A DNA stretch of 63,984 bases, filler included, from Olpidium bornovanus S191 (lineage: Eukaryota; Fungi; Olpidiomycota), in NCBI GenBank assembly GCA_017911155.1. It is 29 parts of 29 records of this genome, joined end to end, with 100 filler letters (N's around TTAATTAATTAA, not from the genome) between each part and the next. Parts side by side here need not be neighbours in the genome. Positions count along the whole stretch, not along the records: positions 21,715 to 26,105 come from JAEFCI010010188.1; positions 26,206 to 29,184 come from JAEFCI010012200.1; positions 29,285 to 31,182 come from JAEFCI010010390.1; positions 31,283 to 33,162 come from JAEFCI010010911.1; positions 33,263 to 35,198 come from JAEFCI010012358.1; positions 35,299 to 38,315 come from JAEFCI010002752.1; 23 more parts are not named here. One strand, written 5' to 3'. Numbering within the stretch: position 1 is the first letter of the stretch; each line of letters opens with the position of its first letter. The position numbers and the translations under genes are program-made. Below are positions 23,596 through 37,155 of this stretch, in pieces. The notes under the pieces were generated by a model that made no database searches, had not been told where the DNA came from, and saw only the letters and a program-made list of their open reading frames with translations.

Positions 23596-24845
23596 GCTTC
23601 TGCGAGCCGTCGTCGTCTGTCCCGGCCTCGGTTGACAACCACGTTGATTCCCCGGTCTCCTTCGGTCCTAGCCGTGCGCAGAAAGACGACCGGCGCGCCG
23701 ACCCGCGAAAGCAACTGAGCGCGCAGCAGTCCGCCTTGACGCCGTCCGCGTGTGTCTTCGTTAGTTAAGAGGCCCAGTGCGAAGGGTTTTTGCACCTCGT
23801 TGGGCCGAGCCGAGCAGCGTCCGGCTCTTCCCCTTCTCCCCTACTAACCCCAACTCCCTCCCTCCCCCTCCTCCCCTTTCCCCATCCGCTCCGCCGCATT
23901 TGCTGATTTTCAAATGTCTATATGCGTAGGAGAGAGGCAAAGGCCAACCCCCAAGTGGCACAGGCGATACGCGGGTGTCAAGGTTATGCGTTGACGGACA
24001 TCCGCCCGCCTGCCTTCCCGTGGTTAGTTCTACGCGTGCGCGACAGCAGTGAAGCCAGGCGAACCCATCGGTGGACCAAACTGCTGCTGCCTCGTCCCGG
24101 ACCGACTCCTCGCATCGGCATTCGCATTTCTGCAGCGCTGCCACACCGACGTTGGCGGGTGCACCGCCGTCGGATTCTCCTCACAAGCAGTCCCGACATG
24201 TGGGAACGAGGAAAGGGACAGCGACTGACCGGTCCCTCCTCCTCAAGCTGGGTGCCCACTGCCTGGGAGCTTACCCAACGCTGACGCACCTGCATCACAC
24301 GCCATGTCGTCAGATTTGCTGCGGCGTGAAGTCAGAAAGGAAAGGAGAGAGAGAGAGAAAAAAAAAAAAGAAAAAAAAAAGAAGCTCTCCTCGGGGGCAT
24401 GTTGACGGGAAAAAAGGGAAAAAACCCACCGCTGTTGGATTTGAAACTCCTTTTGTTCACCTTAGGGGCGTCTTTGTCGAGAAAAATCGCCCATAGCAAG
24501 CGATTCTACCTTTTCGGCAAAATCTCGAATTTTTTGCTCATCTATTCTGGAACACTTTCGATCGTTTTCGTGCATTCGAACGCATTTTTGGAAATATTTT
24601 TTCAAACGCAACAGCGGTAGATTTTTTTTGGGTATGCGCAGATTTGCTACAATTGGGCTAAAAAAAAAATAGAAAAAAAAAAAACTAAAGGGCGAGCCAA
24701 TAATGTGGGCGACCGCCCAGGCCGCGCGCCCCGGCACTCCTTCCTCCCCTCCATACCTCCAGACTCCAGACTCCAAACTCCTGGCTCCAGATTCTCCGGC
24801 TTGGACGAGCGGCAGCTCTCGGATTGCGCAAAGGAACTCACGCAC

Positions 24846-26105
24846 ATGGAGGCTAAGAGGAGGCTTGCCTTCTCCATCCTGGAGTTTCTTCGCGAGTGCA
24901 ACGCTGACGGGACTGTCAAACCCGACGACGCGGAGGGGGTCGACGGTGAGGACAGGGCGCTCACTCGCACGTTGCCGGCCGAAACGGAGAGGAAGGGGGA
25001 AGAAGGGTGGGGTTGGGAGGGGGGGACCGAACGCACGTCGACGTGCCGGGCGTCAGAGCGCCTTCCTTTCCGTGCCGCGGACGGATGCTCCGGCTCCGGC
25101 ACCTTTTCGGTTGTCCTCGTATTTCGCCCGGGAGCAGAAGGAAACGCTTCCCACGTCGCGTATATCCCATGCATTCCCCGACCCTCACCGCGATGTCGCG
25201 AAGGCGCGGCGCGGCGGTGCGGCTCGTCCTCCGCATCTCCTCACGCGTGAACTCCCCTTTCCTCCTTATTTTGTCCTCCCGCCGGGCAGTCGCGCTGCAA
25301 TGTCTCGGGGAAGCTTTCGGCGTCAACCCGGACGACCCGGAGCATGTTGCGAAGTACAGCACAAAGCCCGCCACCCTCTTGTCCATCTTCGAAGTATTCC
25401 TCAACGCGGAGAAGAAAAAAGCCCCGCCGAAGGTGCGTGTCGACTCCAGAAGGCGTTGCCCGTGCCGGACTCGATTTTGCCTGACGGAACGTCCCTGTTT
25501 GAACTCGTTTTGCTGACGTCGCCGGCGTCAAACGACAAGACGACCACTCGAACGCCGGAAGGGTCCGCGGGGATTACTGAGGAGCAGAAAGCGGAGGCGG
25601 AGAGGTACAAGAACGAAGGTGAGCAAGGTCCCGGATCAGAAAACACGTGCGCTAGTCGCGGCTGCTGACGATATGGTTTGCATGCACAGGCAACTCCCGA
25701 ATGCCCCTAAAGGAGTTCGATGCCGCGATCGACCTTTACACCAAGGCTATCAACCTGAACCCAGACAACGCCGTCTACTACGCCAACCGGTACGGGACGA
25801 CGATTGTCTTCGCCTTTACAGCACTCGCTGCTTCGGCCGATGTCTTTGGCGGAGGGAGTCTGACTTGCTGCAATCGTGCCGCCTTGCTCTCACGCTCCAG
25901 TGCTGCCGCATACAGCCAAAGCGGTAACCACCAGAAGGCTGTGGATGACTCGCTCAAATCGTCCCAGGTGGACCCCAAGTACAGCAAGGCTTACAGTCGT
26001 CTTGGGTATACCATTTGTGCGGCATTTGGACTTTTCTTTCTTTAGGAGCCTATGAAATGACGTCACTTACCCCGACCTGACGGCTGACCGAAATTACCAG
26101 CCATG
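24846..26105 (+). CDS. SGT2: SGT2/SGTA TPR co-chaperone, 3'-truncated
   Basis: Dimerisation domain [27 protein letters not shown]. TPRs [59 protein letters not shown]. Confidence 0.92.
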
Positions 26106-26206
26106 NNNNNNNNNNNNNNNNNNNNNNNNNNNNNNNNNNNNNNNNNNNNTTAATTAATTAANNNNNNNNNNNNNNNNNNNNNNNNNNNNNNNNNNNNNNN
26201 NNNNNC

Positions 26207-28967
26207 ATGCCAACATTACGCATTTTGGCAGTCGCCCTTGCGGTCCTCCCGCTGCTCGCCGCCGGAACGGATTCGCGCACCGCGGGAAGCTTACTCCCGC
26301 CGCTCGCGGCCTACCGTCCCCTGGTCGAGATACTCACGCCCAGGAGCCTTGTGCGATCGTACGCCGTGAGCAGAGCCGTCAGCCCGGACCCCCCGCCGCC
26401 GCCGCCGCCGGACGCTCCGCCGTTCGCGCCGCCTCCGCCGCCCGCGCCCGGGAATGCGGACGCCTCCCCGCCGGCCGGCCTCGGCGAATTGCGGTCTGGC
26501 GTGCCGGTGGCGACGACCAGGACCGTCGCCCGATGGTCGGATTCGCGAACGCTTCCGCAGGGCGCGAGAACGGTCTCCGTGAGTTTTAAATTTTTTTTTC
26601 CTTTTTTTTGTTTCCCACCTCGCGCCCCCACCGCCCCCCCCCCTCCCCCCCTCCCATTCCGGGGGGTCTTTCGCGATCTGCAAAGCGGCACAGGTCAAAA
26701 TTTGGGGAGAAGGAGGCGGCATTTTCGAACTGGACCCTGGTCCGCGGGAAACCTTTTTTTTTCGTTTTCTATCGTTTTTCTTTCGCTCATCAATAAAAAT
26801 GTCGGCAAAAAAAAAACCGGTGCGCGTGGTGTGTGTGGCCGCGCGCGCGCGTGTGCTGTGTGTTTGTGTGATTGGAGGGTGGGTGCGGGCAGCGACTATT
26901 CACCCCTTTATTCAATCTTTTTCCGCTCCCTGGCTGCTCCTCGCAGGGCGTCCTGATCGACTGGTCTTTCCCGTGCGACATCCTGCTCGAACGGGTGCCG
27001 TACGTGCACGATTGGGTGGCGTTCGTCCCCTGCACCCCGTCCGCACGCGGCGACGGGATCGCCGCCCAATTGTGCTCCCTTCCACGGCAGCTGAGGGCCG
27101 CGAGGCTTTTCGGGGCGGGAGCCGCGATCGTGTACGACGGAACCTCGGAGGGGACCCGGTGCCGCCAGACTCTCAGCCGCCTGCTGCTGCGCGAAACCGT
27201 CCGGAAGGAGGACGGGGGGGACGGCGGCCGTGATGTCGACGACGGCGTCGGCAGCGGCGGCGGGGTCGGGATCGGGGTCAGGCAGGAGCCGGCGGGGCCG
27301 GACGGCGGCGAAAAGCATGTCCTGCCGCTCGCTGTGATCCAGCACAGCGAGGCGGTGGCGGCGATCCTCCGCAAGCTGGAGAGCGGGAGCAGCTGGGTAG
27401 TCGTCAACGTCACGTCCGTCGCCGGCGAAGCCGGAGGCGGGAGCAGAGGCGGAGGCGGAGGCGGAGGGTGGGCGTTCGGCGGCGGATCACCCGCTCGCGC
27501 CCGAAATCCAGGGAAGCCGGCCATGGTTGGCGCCGTCGATCCGTTGGACATTCCGTTCGCGGACGAGACCGATCGCCCGAATTTCTGGGAGAAGAACGGC
27601 CGCCTGCACCCGTTCCTCAATTGCCTCTTTTACGCCTTGAGCGTGAGTGTGTTCGCTGCGTGCTCTAGGGCGGGAAAAGGCCAAAGTCCGAAGAACACCG
27701 ATTCTTTTTCTAAAAAAAAAAAGCGAGGAAACGCCCGATGGGACCGGGACATTTCTGCCCTCCCAAGAGCGTATCACACCGCCCCGTCCTCTCCCTCCCG
27801 ACCTCCACCACTGCCTTTGTTTTTCTGCTCGTTTTTTTCTTTGCTTTTTTTTAAGCAGTCGTTCTTCGCGATTTTCAGCGTCGTGTGCGTGATTCACGTT
27901 TTGGTGATGTTCTTCGCGCCGCTGCTCCGGCGCAGCCGCGTCACGTCCTTCTTGGAGAGGTTCCCGTTCGCGGCGCTGCTGGTCGAGGCGGCCAGCGCTC
28001 GGGGCGGATCCGAAGGGACGGCCGCGGAACCTGACGACCGGAAGGCCGCGAAGCGGACGGTCCAGCGGCGCGTGCTGGAGAGCTTCGAGGTCAAGCGGTA
28101 CCGGAGGCCTTCGGAACCCAAGAACGCGGCGCGCTTGTCTCCGGGCGCGGGACGGACGTTGAGCGTCATGGTCATCGGCAAACCCGCGGCGGCGCTGCCG
28201 GCGGCCGCGGCCGCCGTTCAGGGCGCGGACCTGTCCGCCGCCGCAGCGAACCCCGGATTCTGCGCCGCCCCGGCTTCTCCCGAGGACAAAACCAAGGCGG
28301 AAGACCGCGGCTCCGCCCGGTCCCCGTGCGAGTGCGCCCGGAGCCCTCCGGTTCCGGCTTGCGCGTCGGAAGGGGCGGCCGAGGCAGCGATGACCGGCCG
28401 CCCGGCTTCGGGCCTGTCGGCATCCTGCTCGCCGTCGCCGCGTCCGCCGGCGGCCGGGTGCCCGCGGTTCCCGGGGTCGATCCCCGGCCGCCCGCGAAAT
28501 TCGTCCGTTCTGCCGGCGGCTCACGGCGGCGGCGCCGGCCAGCCGCACCGCTGCTTCACCGCCCCGCCCGCGCCGTACGGTCGCCAGGCGTACAGAAGCA
28601 GCGGACCATGTCCGATCTGTTTAGATGAATACAAGGACGAGCAAAGAATTCGCGGCCTGCCGTGCGGCCACGAGTACCATACCGACTGCATTGGTTAGTT
28701 GCAACTTTGACGGGGTGTGAGTGGTTCGGCGTCACGCGTCTTATCCAAGCCTAACGAGCGTTTTGGCGCGGGGCTGCAGATCCTTGGTTGTTGCATTCCG
28801 CATCTTACTGCCCGATGTGCAAAACTGACTATGCCGACTGGCAAGTCCAAGCCGAAGCGGCCGGCACCCCCGCCAGCTTCCCTTCGTTTATTGCGGCTCT
28901 TTTTCGGTCGTTTGTCGGCCGCGACGTAAGTGGCCGGGACGGAGTCGTCCCAAACGCAAGAATGTAA
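26207..28967 (+). CDS. PA-TM-RING E3 ubiquitin ligase (RNF13/GRAIL/RMR-like)
   Basis: Signal peptide MPTLRILAVALAVLPLLAAG; PA-like segment (WVAFVPC..QLRAARLFGAGAAIVYD..LPLAVI); TM SFFAIFSVVCVIHVLVMFF; RING-H2 CPICLDEYKDEQRIRGLPCGHEYHTDCI|DPWLLHSASYCPMCK across an intron. The 3' end is approximate. Confidence 0.85.
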
Positions 28968-30130
28968 TGCCGTACCCCCTGTACTCTCTTGCTTGTTACC
29001 ATACCTTCCATCGAAATCCTTTCAATATTCCTTCCCGTTCATTTGCGCTTGTTATCTGTCATCCCCCAAAACCCGCCTTGTCCAAGTGCGTTTCGGCCGC
29101 TCCGGTCACTTTCCTCGCCCGTGTGTTTTCTCGAATTTCGCTGGTATGGACAGCGCGACTACCGATTTCATCGTTGCAAACATGNNNNNNNNNNNNNNNN
29201 NNNNNNNNNNNNNNNNNNNNNNNNNNNNTTAATTAATTAANNNNNNNNNNNNNNNNNNNNNNNNNNNNNNNNNNNNNNNNNNNNAAGGGCCTTTGTATCC
29301 AGGAGAACCCAAAAAGCGGATATTTCGCAGCATCGTCAACTGAGGTGCTCCCAGCCCTCTGGTTCGGATTCACCGCAGCAAGTATCGCCCCAGAATTTCG
29401 CTGCTGAATATGCACTGGGAATTTGGCACCCAGGCCGCAGGATTTTTGGGCAAGTTCTGCGTGGCAGGATCACGGCAGATTTCCAACTCGGGCCCCTGGG
29501 TGTGACAGTGGCGCGTGTTTCTGATGGAGCAAAGCTCGCCGACGTGCAGTAAAATTTTCGGAGGGGCCTCCGAGGTGTATTAAATTTGTCGCTGTTTTGT
29601 TTGGTCTGTGGCAATCGTTGCGTCATCCATCCGGGTAGAGAAACGGCCGGTTAGGCGCCCACAAGTGGCGGGTGGTGGAGAAGGCGCGAGGCGGTGGGGG
29701 GTGGTGGGGGGGGGGAAGGATGCATTTTTATACCACCTATTGAATAGACCAATGAGAACAAACAACTCTTAGACCACTATCTAAGGACCTCCAGCGATTC
29801 CCATTCGGTCACGCGACAGTCCGTCACGTGAGCAATCGCACTATCGCGACCGAGGTATGTAGAAGCGCCCCGCACCACCCATCCTTCAAGGTTCATTCCG
29901 AAGCGAGAGGAAGGATTCGCGCGCCGCGCGTTTGTTCACGTGCGGGAGAGCGGCGTTGTCAGCGGCGGCTCAGTTAACCGCGCAGGTAGTTTGGGAGCTT
30001 TACGTCCGCATCCCTCGGATCCACAGTTGATAAATCGTATTTTATTCCATAAACTGACTCGGAGACGGCAAAAATATTGACGTTAATCTTTCTGCAGTAT
30101 CGGGCTCTCCCTTGGACGCCCGCGCTGCCT

Positions 30131-31182
30131 TCAGAGCTTGGATTTGATCTCGGGTCCAAGGACTTTCTCTAAGACGTCACGCATGTCCCCGGCGGCCTCG
30201 CTCAGGTACTGGACAAGCCGCTCAGAGCCGAGTTTCATAGAGACAACGTTGAAGTGGAGCGAGCGCCCCTTGATCATGTAGGCCACGCCGAAGCCGTCAG
30301 GAACAACTTCTCCCCACCCGTAGCCCGAGAAGTGCGAAGAGGTCAACTGGGACGTGGAAAGCTGCCAGTGGGCCGACTTGGCGTAGGCAGGGTCAGTAAA
30401 AATTGCGGGCTTTGGCTCTTCGGGTTTAAGCAACATGCGGAGACCTTGGTAAAATAAAAGGCGCATCGGACCGTCAGCAATAATTAGATCGGAACCGTGG
30501 ACGAACGCCCTCACCCGCGTGTCCGTACCAAGAAGGTGGCGGTCACATCCACGTCCCTCAACCGCGTCCGCCATGTATCGAGTATGGGAGTCAATTGCTT
30601 TGCGCAAAAGCTCGACCTTCTTTTCCGCCTGCGTAACGAAAGACACAAACGATTTCGCCGCCGTCAGCACCAGCAATCTAGGATGCAACAACGGCCTCCG
30701 TTTTGTATGGTTCCCCGCCGAGGCAGGTACACGATGGGCTCACCGAAACAGAAGGATCCACCATCGCCTTGTTCCAGTCCAGACTGTCACTGCTGAGGGT
30801 GCGACACACCTCTGTCCGTCCGTTGCGGAACTTGCGCGTTTGGGCACTTTCGTAGGTCGCACAGGGCTTGCCATACATTTTGTAGTAGGCAAGCTGAATA
30901 ACCATCTGTGCATAGGCATCGGGCGAGAGCCTGAACTTTTTAATGAGGTCCTTGCCGTAGCCTTTGAACACGCATACGCGAAGCTCGTGTTTGTCCACTA
31001 GCGCATCAAAGGCTTTGCCGGCGGCTTCGACGGCCTCTATGATTTCGTCGTTAACCTCCAACTTGAGCTCCTGCGGGCCGGGCAACGACGATCTCGGGAT
31101 GGGGTCGCCGTGATCGACCTTGTTGGCCGCAAGCTGTGAGCAAATGTAATCGTTGAGGCGGCAGGTCGGCGTTCCGTCCATG
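30131..31182 (-). CDS. CAT2: Carnitine O-acetyltransferase, C-terminal half, with peroxisomal PTS1 (SKL)
   Basis: MDGTPT (next to the catalytic His motif), GYGKDLIKKFRLSPDAYAQMVIQLAYYK, TYESAQTRKFRNGRTEVCR, GRGCDRHLLG, WQLSTSQL, GWGEVVPDGFGVAY, ending IKSKL*. Confidence 0.93.
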
Positions 31183-31282
31183 NNNNNNNNNNNNNNNNNN
31201 NNNNNNNNNNNNNNNNNNNNNNNNNNTTAATTAATTAANNNNNNNNNNNNNNNNNNNNNNNNNNNNNNNNNNNNNNNNNNNN

Positions 31283-33041
31283 AAGCCAATGACATCGTTC
31301 CCGGAACGTGTTCTTCTCCGGGTATGGATCATCTGTTCGCGGGCCAGACTAATCAGTCCCAAAAAAGACCAATAGATTTCCCGGACTCATCGAACAGCGC
31401 TTGCCGTGAGATCGAAACTTACCCGCGTCGACCAATAGCAGAGTGTACAGTTTCTCTTCCGGCGCCAACGGCGTCACACGGACCGTCGGCTGGGCAATCA
31501 GCTACCAAACAAGAATTCCACGGTAAGTTCCGCAAATGGAAAACAATGTGACAGCCAATAGCCAGTACTTGAAACACTCACGAATCGCGGGGAGACAAGT
31601 GCACGGTATAACGGAACAGCCCGGACATTCGCGTTCCGCGGGGCGCTCATTCTGTACAGATTTTTATCCTTCTCCGGCTCGTCCGCGTGGATCTCCTGCA
31701 GGTATCGCGGAATCTCGCCCGCGAAGCTGAGCTCTAACCTGGCGTTGATGCGGTCGAAGGCCGACTTGGGCAGAAGATCATTGATCACCCGTGTGTGCCG
31801 CATGGTGTCGATCTTAGGGGTTTAAAAGGGGCCAACAGGACAACCGGAAAATCAGCTCGAACGCAACTTCCGGCATATATGCACGCCATTCGTCCATACG
31901 GAAATGACTCTACCATGAACTCCACTTCCTCGCTGAGCGACTTCCGGAAAAGGTGGCGATATACCGGCTTTCTGAGGTCATCTAAGGAGCAGAACCCGCG
32001 TGAACATCGCCGCGATTGCGACTCTGCACACACGATACAAAAAAACGGAAAACATGAATGTACTCACAACGACCGTGGAAGAAATTCCAATGTACCTCGG
32101 GAAAATTAATCTCCGCCTGCACCAATTCGTTTTCTACCTGCGTCTGAAGGAGTCTCGCCTTCTCCCCCGACTCTTTCGTCCCTTCTGCAACATCGCACGG
32201 AAAGGGTCTTCGCCTGAGCAAATGCTTCTCCCGTGAACCGAAGCCGCAGAAATAGCTGCAGTTTGTAAATAACTTTCACGTTTAACAGACCTGCAATCGC
32301 GGCGTCCCTCTCTTTCGCGATCCTCTCCGCAGCGTTCTCTCGGTCGGCCTTGTTCTTCTCCAGCAGCTGCATCGCCAGATGGTAAAGCGTGTCGTCCTCT
32401 GCAACCTGCGGATACGCGAAGGGGTATGGGTCCCCTGGTCTGGGTTCTGCCGCCGACCCAAGCTTTTCCGCAATTTCTTTCAGGCGTTTCGTTTTCTTGG
32501 TCTGGCAGACGTTTAGGGCCAAGGCACACACGACAAAGCGGATAAGTCGAGTTTCGAAACGACGCCCACGAAAGGAAAAGCCTCCCGCGGATTTTACACG
32601 CCGCGGTTGGCGGCCCCGGGTCGGACGCTTTACCTGAACTTCCTTGAAAACAAAAGCTCCGCCTTCGCCGCCCGCTCTAGGCCTCACGGCAAAACTGTTT
32701 CCTTCTTCCTCGCCGTCGTCTGCCTTGGGCGTGACCTCCACCGCGGCCGCCGTGGCATACTGACGCGGCGCCGCGGTTTGGGATGCGCCCGCCGGGCGCG
32801 CTTGCGGCTGGTTGGCGCGCCGCCACGGCCGCCCTCGGCGGCGCGGAACACAGGCGGCCGCGTTATGACGCTGCAGCGGGGCCCCCGCGCCAGCAGCGGC
32901 GGCGGGGCAGTGGAGCAGGCGGTGGCGGAGGGTGACTCCAGGCGCGGCGGCGGGCGAGGAGGAGGCCGCGGCGGGCCCGCGCGGCGCGGCTGCCAGCACG
33001 GCGGCAAGCGCCCTGGGCGCGGACGGCGCGCCGCAGGCCAT
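31283..33041 (-). CDS. MRPL35: Mitochondrial ribosomal protein mL38 (yeast MRPL35, PEBP fold), 3'-truncated
   Basis: Presequence-like N-terminus; EINFPEVHWNF..DLRKPVYRHL; VINDLLP; PEBP motifs KLYTLLLVDA and DPYPEKNTFRERCHWL. Confidence 0.8.
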
Positions 33042-33080
33042 ACTTTTTTTTTTCTTTCCCCACGCAGCTGCGTTTCGCAA

Positions 33081-33113
<33 letters not shown>

Positions 33114-33262
33114 CTGCTTCCCCCCCTGCGCGGCGCGGGTGTTCGTCCTCGCAGAACCCGCGNNNNNNNNNNNNNNNNNNNNNNNNNNNNNNNNNNNNNN
33201 NNNNNNTTAATTAATTAANNNNNNNNNNNNNNNNNNNNNNNNNNNNNNNNNNNNNNNNNNNN

Positions 33263-34711
33263 GCATGTTCGCGCAGTAAACGTGCGCCTCCGCGGCGGTC
33301 CAGGCTTCGATCGTCATCTGGGGAATGCCGAGCGCGCGAGCCTGAGGGGTGTATAAATAAGAAAGTGCCATTTTCAGCGAGCTGCGCGCCGGAAGAGAAG
33401 CGACGAGTGGGGGAGGGAAAACAACCTTGCAAACCTTACCACGTAAAACATCGGCGAAATCACCCAGTCCAGCAGCCCGAGGCCTGTGACGATGTTGGTG
33501 TGAAGCGTGCCGGGGGAGATCGTGAAGGAGGTAATGGAACTGTCTATAAAGCGTTGCGAGATGCCGACGCTGAGGATGTCGATAGCGAACTTCGACGACT
33601 CGTACGCTCGTGCCCTGGGGTCAGTGTGATTTCCACGCACGGCCCCGACGGGGTGAGAATTGAGCACTCGGCGGCATTTCCGCAACGGACCGAAGCGTCA
33701 AAAGCCGTTCCTTTCCGATCTCGCGCACCCTTTAATGTGCTGGTAATCGTCAATGGAAAAATGCTTCCGCTTCGCGGTAAAGGAGCTGGTCCAGATCACG
33801 CGCCCGCCAGCGGAGGCCGCAGCCAGTTTCTCCTCTAGAAGGGTGACCTTGGCAGGCGCCGACCTCGCGTTATATTTGGCGGTTTCAGCACCATCGAGGT
33901 CAGAAAGCGCCTCAGCGCGGCAGGAAGAAAGAGGACGGGCGCCCGCACCATCAGATAGTGGCCGAACACGTTCGCGGCGAACACGGCGCCAAGCCCGTCT
34001 TCCGTCACCGCGCCGACGGGCTGGACGAACTTATCGCCGGTGTCGGTGAAGAAGGCGACCGGGTCGGTGAGGAGCGTGCACAGCGCACTTTTCACGCTGA
34101 AGCCGTCGTTCAGGAGTATGCCGGCGTTGCAGAAAAGCAGGTCGAGGCGGTCGAACCTAAAAAGAAGTTGTTCGCGTTCAACGGAAACCGCGGTCTTCCC
34201 GGGTGGGGGTGGGAGGGGGGGGGAGGGCGGGGGCTCCCGCCGCCCGCGGCCTCCCGCGTTGAGAGAGGGTTTTCTTTTCTTATTTTTTTTTTTTTACCTA
34301 CGGCTAAACTCTCGACACGCCTCGACCACGGACTTCACGGAGGACAGGTTCACGTGCAGAAGCTCGACGTCGCCGGACCCGCCGCCCGCGAGGAGGAGTC
34401 TCCGCCTCGCATCCTTCGCCTTGTTCAGGTCGCGGCAGGCGAGCACCAGCTTGCAAGAGTTGAGCAGACGGTGCGCAATGCCGTACCCGACGCCGCTGAG
34501 TGGTAAAAAAAAAAAAAAAAAAAAAACCGGCGAAGACGGAAAGGGTCAGGCGCCGCGCAGCCGAATTTTTGCGGGGCCAAGGGCGCACACACGGGACCCC
34601 GGGGTAGGCTCGCCGCCGGCGTTTGCTTCCTCGGCCCCGCGGGGCGTACCTGTTTGCCCCCGTGATCAGGGCGATCCTCGTCGCCGGCGCTTGCGCACTT
34701 GGCGAAGCCAT
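33263..34711 (-). CDS. ERG27: 3-keto-steroid reductase (ERG27/HSD17B7), short-chain dehydrogenase, 3'-truncated
   Basis: IALITGANS/GVGYGI..LVLACRDLNKA; RLDLLFCNAGI; DGLGAVFAANVFGHYLM; VIWTSS; YESSK (YxxxK) FAIDILS; ISPG. Confidence 0.85.
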
Positions 34712-34779
34712 TCCGTCGGGGCGGGTCGGCGCGGGGGGCGCGGGCGACGTGGGCGGGCGCGTGCGGGGGGGGGGCGGCG

Positions 34780-34817
<38 letters not shown>

Positions 34818-35034
34818 CGGGGGGGGGGGGGGGGCGGCGGGGGGGGGGGAGCGGGAGGCGGGCGGAGGCAGCGGCGGCGGGCGGAGGCAGCGGCGGCGGG
34901 CGTCTGTTCGTCGAGCTGGGAGCGGGGGCGGTTTCCTGGGCGGGGGGTTTCCGTTCGACCGGTGGCGCCTCCGCCCGCCGCACGGGGAGAACAGGAAGGA
35001 GAGCGCAAGAGGAGGAGGAGGAGGAGGAAAAAAG

Positions 35035-35067
<33 letters not shown>

Positions 35068-35140
35068 GGCCCCCCCCCCCCCCCCCCCCCCCCCCCGCCC
35101 CCCCCCCCCCCCCCCCGCCCCCCCGCCCCCCCCCCCCCCG

Positions 35141-35198
<58 letters not shown>

Positions 35199-35340
35199 NN
35201 NNNNNNNNNNNNNNNNNNNNNNNNNNNNNNNNNNNNNNNNNNTTAATTAATTAANNNNNNNNNNNNNNNNNNNNNNNNNNNNNNNNNNNNNNNNNNNNCC
35301 CCCAAAAAAAGGGGGGAAAAAAAAAAAAAAAGAGGGGGGG

Positions 35341-35376
<36 letters not shown>

Positions 35377-35476
35377 AAACGGAAAAGGAAAAAAGCTCGC
35401 CGGTCTTATTAGACTTCTTTTTTTTTTTTTTTTTTTTTTTTAACCGACCCGGCGGGCTTCCCCCTCTCTCTTTTTT

Positions 35477-35515
<39 letters not shown>

Positions 35516-35592
35516 TCACCCGTCCATTTCTTTAACTTCTCCGGCCGTTGTCTGGGTGGCTCCCGCGATTTTTCGCGTCCGGAAAACAACAG

Positions 35593-37155
35593 ACTCGACT
35601 GTCCTGGCCCACGTGATGAAGACTCTCAATGACCGGCACAACTACGGCCTCGACCTCTTCCTTCTGTCCGTGGACGAAGGCATATCAGGTTACCGGGACG
35701 ATTCCCTTGAGGTGCCGTTGCCCCGGGCGGTCGCCTTTTGCTTTCGGGGAAAACCAACAGAGCGTTGTTTGTCGCCCCGGGGTTCTCTTTAGTTGACATC
35801 GCCTCGGACTCCCCCCCAACCTTCCCGAAACAGACCGTCAAGAGAAATCAGGTCCAGTACGACTTGCCCCTGAAGGTCGTGTCGTACGAGGAGCTGTACG
35901 GCTGGACCATGGACGAAATTGTCAAGGAGGTCGGGAGGAAAAACAACTGTGAGGCGGGGGAAGGGGCGGGCGTAGGGGCGCGGGGCGATGGCCCTATTTT
36001 TTTGACAAGCACAAGGCCCGTGGAGAAATCGAAGTCGGCAAAGGGGCGAAATTTAGTCACCGAGATTTTTAAAAGATACCGGAGGAATTGGTTAACCGGG
36101 GCGAGGTGAATCTTGCCCCCGTTCCGCTGCGCGTGCGCGTCCAGGCACCTTCTGCGGCGTGTTTCGCCGCCAGGCGCTCGACCGCGGCGCCGTCCTTCTC
36201 GGCGTCGACCACATTGTGACCGGCCACAACGCGGACGACATAGCGGAAACCGTTCTTATGAACAGTGCGTGCAGCCACGCGGGTTAACTTGTGGGTTTCC
36301 GCCGGGGCGTGCACCCGGCTTCCGTGCTCCTCGAGGCTGAAATGCGTCGGGCCGGAGAACGAGGGTCGGCGTTGCTAATAACCGCGTTTCCCCTTCCATC
36401 CCACTTCTTCCCCCGTCGGCCTGTCAGTTCTGCGCGGCGACATCGCGCGCCTGCAGCGCTGCACGGATATCGTCACGCCCGGCGACGGCGCCCTGCCGCG
36501 GTCGAAGCCGTTCAAGTACGCGTACGAGAAGGAGATTGTAATGTAGGCTTCACCGGCCGTTTTGGCCCGGGGAAAGCGCCCTGGTCGCGTTTCGGTGTAT
36601 CCCCCACCCCCCTCTGACCCGGCTTGCTTGCGCTCTGCCGTGTGCAGGTATGCCTACTTTAAGAAACTGGATTACTTCTCCACCGAGTGCGTGTACTCCC
36701 CCGACGCATATAGAGGGCACGCGCGAACGTTCCTCAAGAACCTGGAGTCCGTGCGGCCGAGCGCAATCATAGGTGAGAAAGATTCCCCCATTCCCCCTCT
36801 TTCCCCTCCCTCTCCTGAGCATCCCAACCAACTCCGTCGTCCCCCGGCTCCGCGGGAACAACCTAACGTTGGTCTTCCGCCAGACATCATCCACTCTGGC
36901 GAGGCGTTTCACGTCAAAGGGGAGGTAAAGCTTCCCAGCCAGACGACGTGCACCAGGTGTGGGTACATATCATCAAATCCCGTGTGCAAAGCCTGCATGC
37001 TCCTTGACGGGCTTAACCGCGGCCTGCCTGCCATGGGGGTGGGACACGCAAAGAAGGCTAGGAGGCTGGCGGCAGCCAAGGAAGCGGCTGGCAAGGCAGT
37101 AGCCACCGAGGACAACACGGCGCCGTCTCCCGTGGAAAGTCGAGTTGACACATAA
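35593..37155 (+). CDS. NCS6: Cytoplasmic tRNA 2-thiolation protein 1 (NCS6/CTU1), 5'-truncated
   Basis: [25 protein letters not shown]; [16 protein letters not shown]; [29 protein letters not shown]; [18 protein letters not shown]; [18 protein letters not shown]; [19 protein letters not shown]. Confidence 0.95.

Noticed and set aside
23596-24845. ncRNA or small gene between the divergent POLD3 and SGT2
   Set aside because: No conserved RNA motif or protein-like ORF; consistent with an ordinary bidirectional promoter and UTRs.
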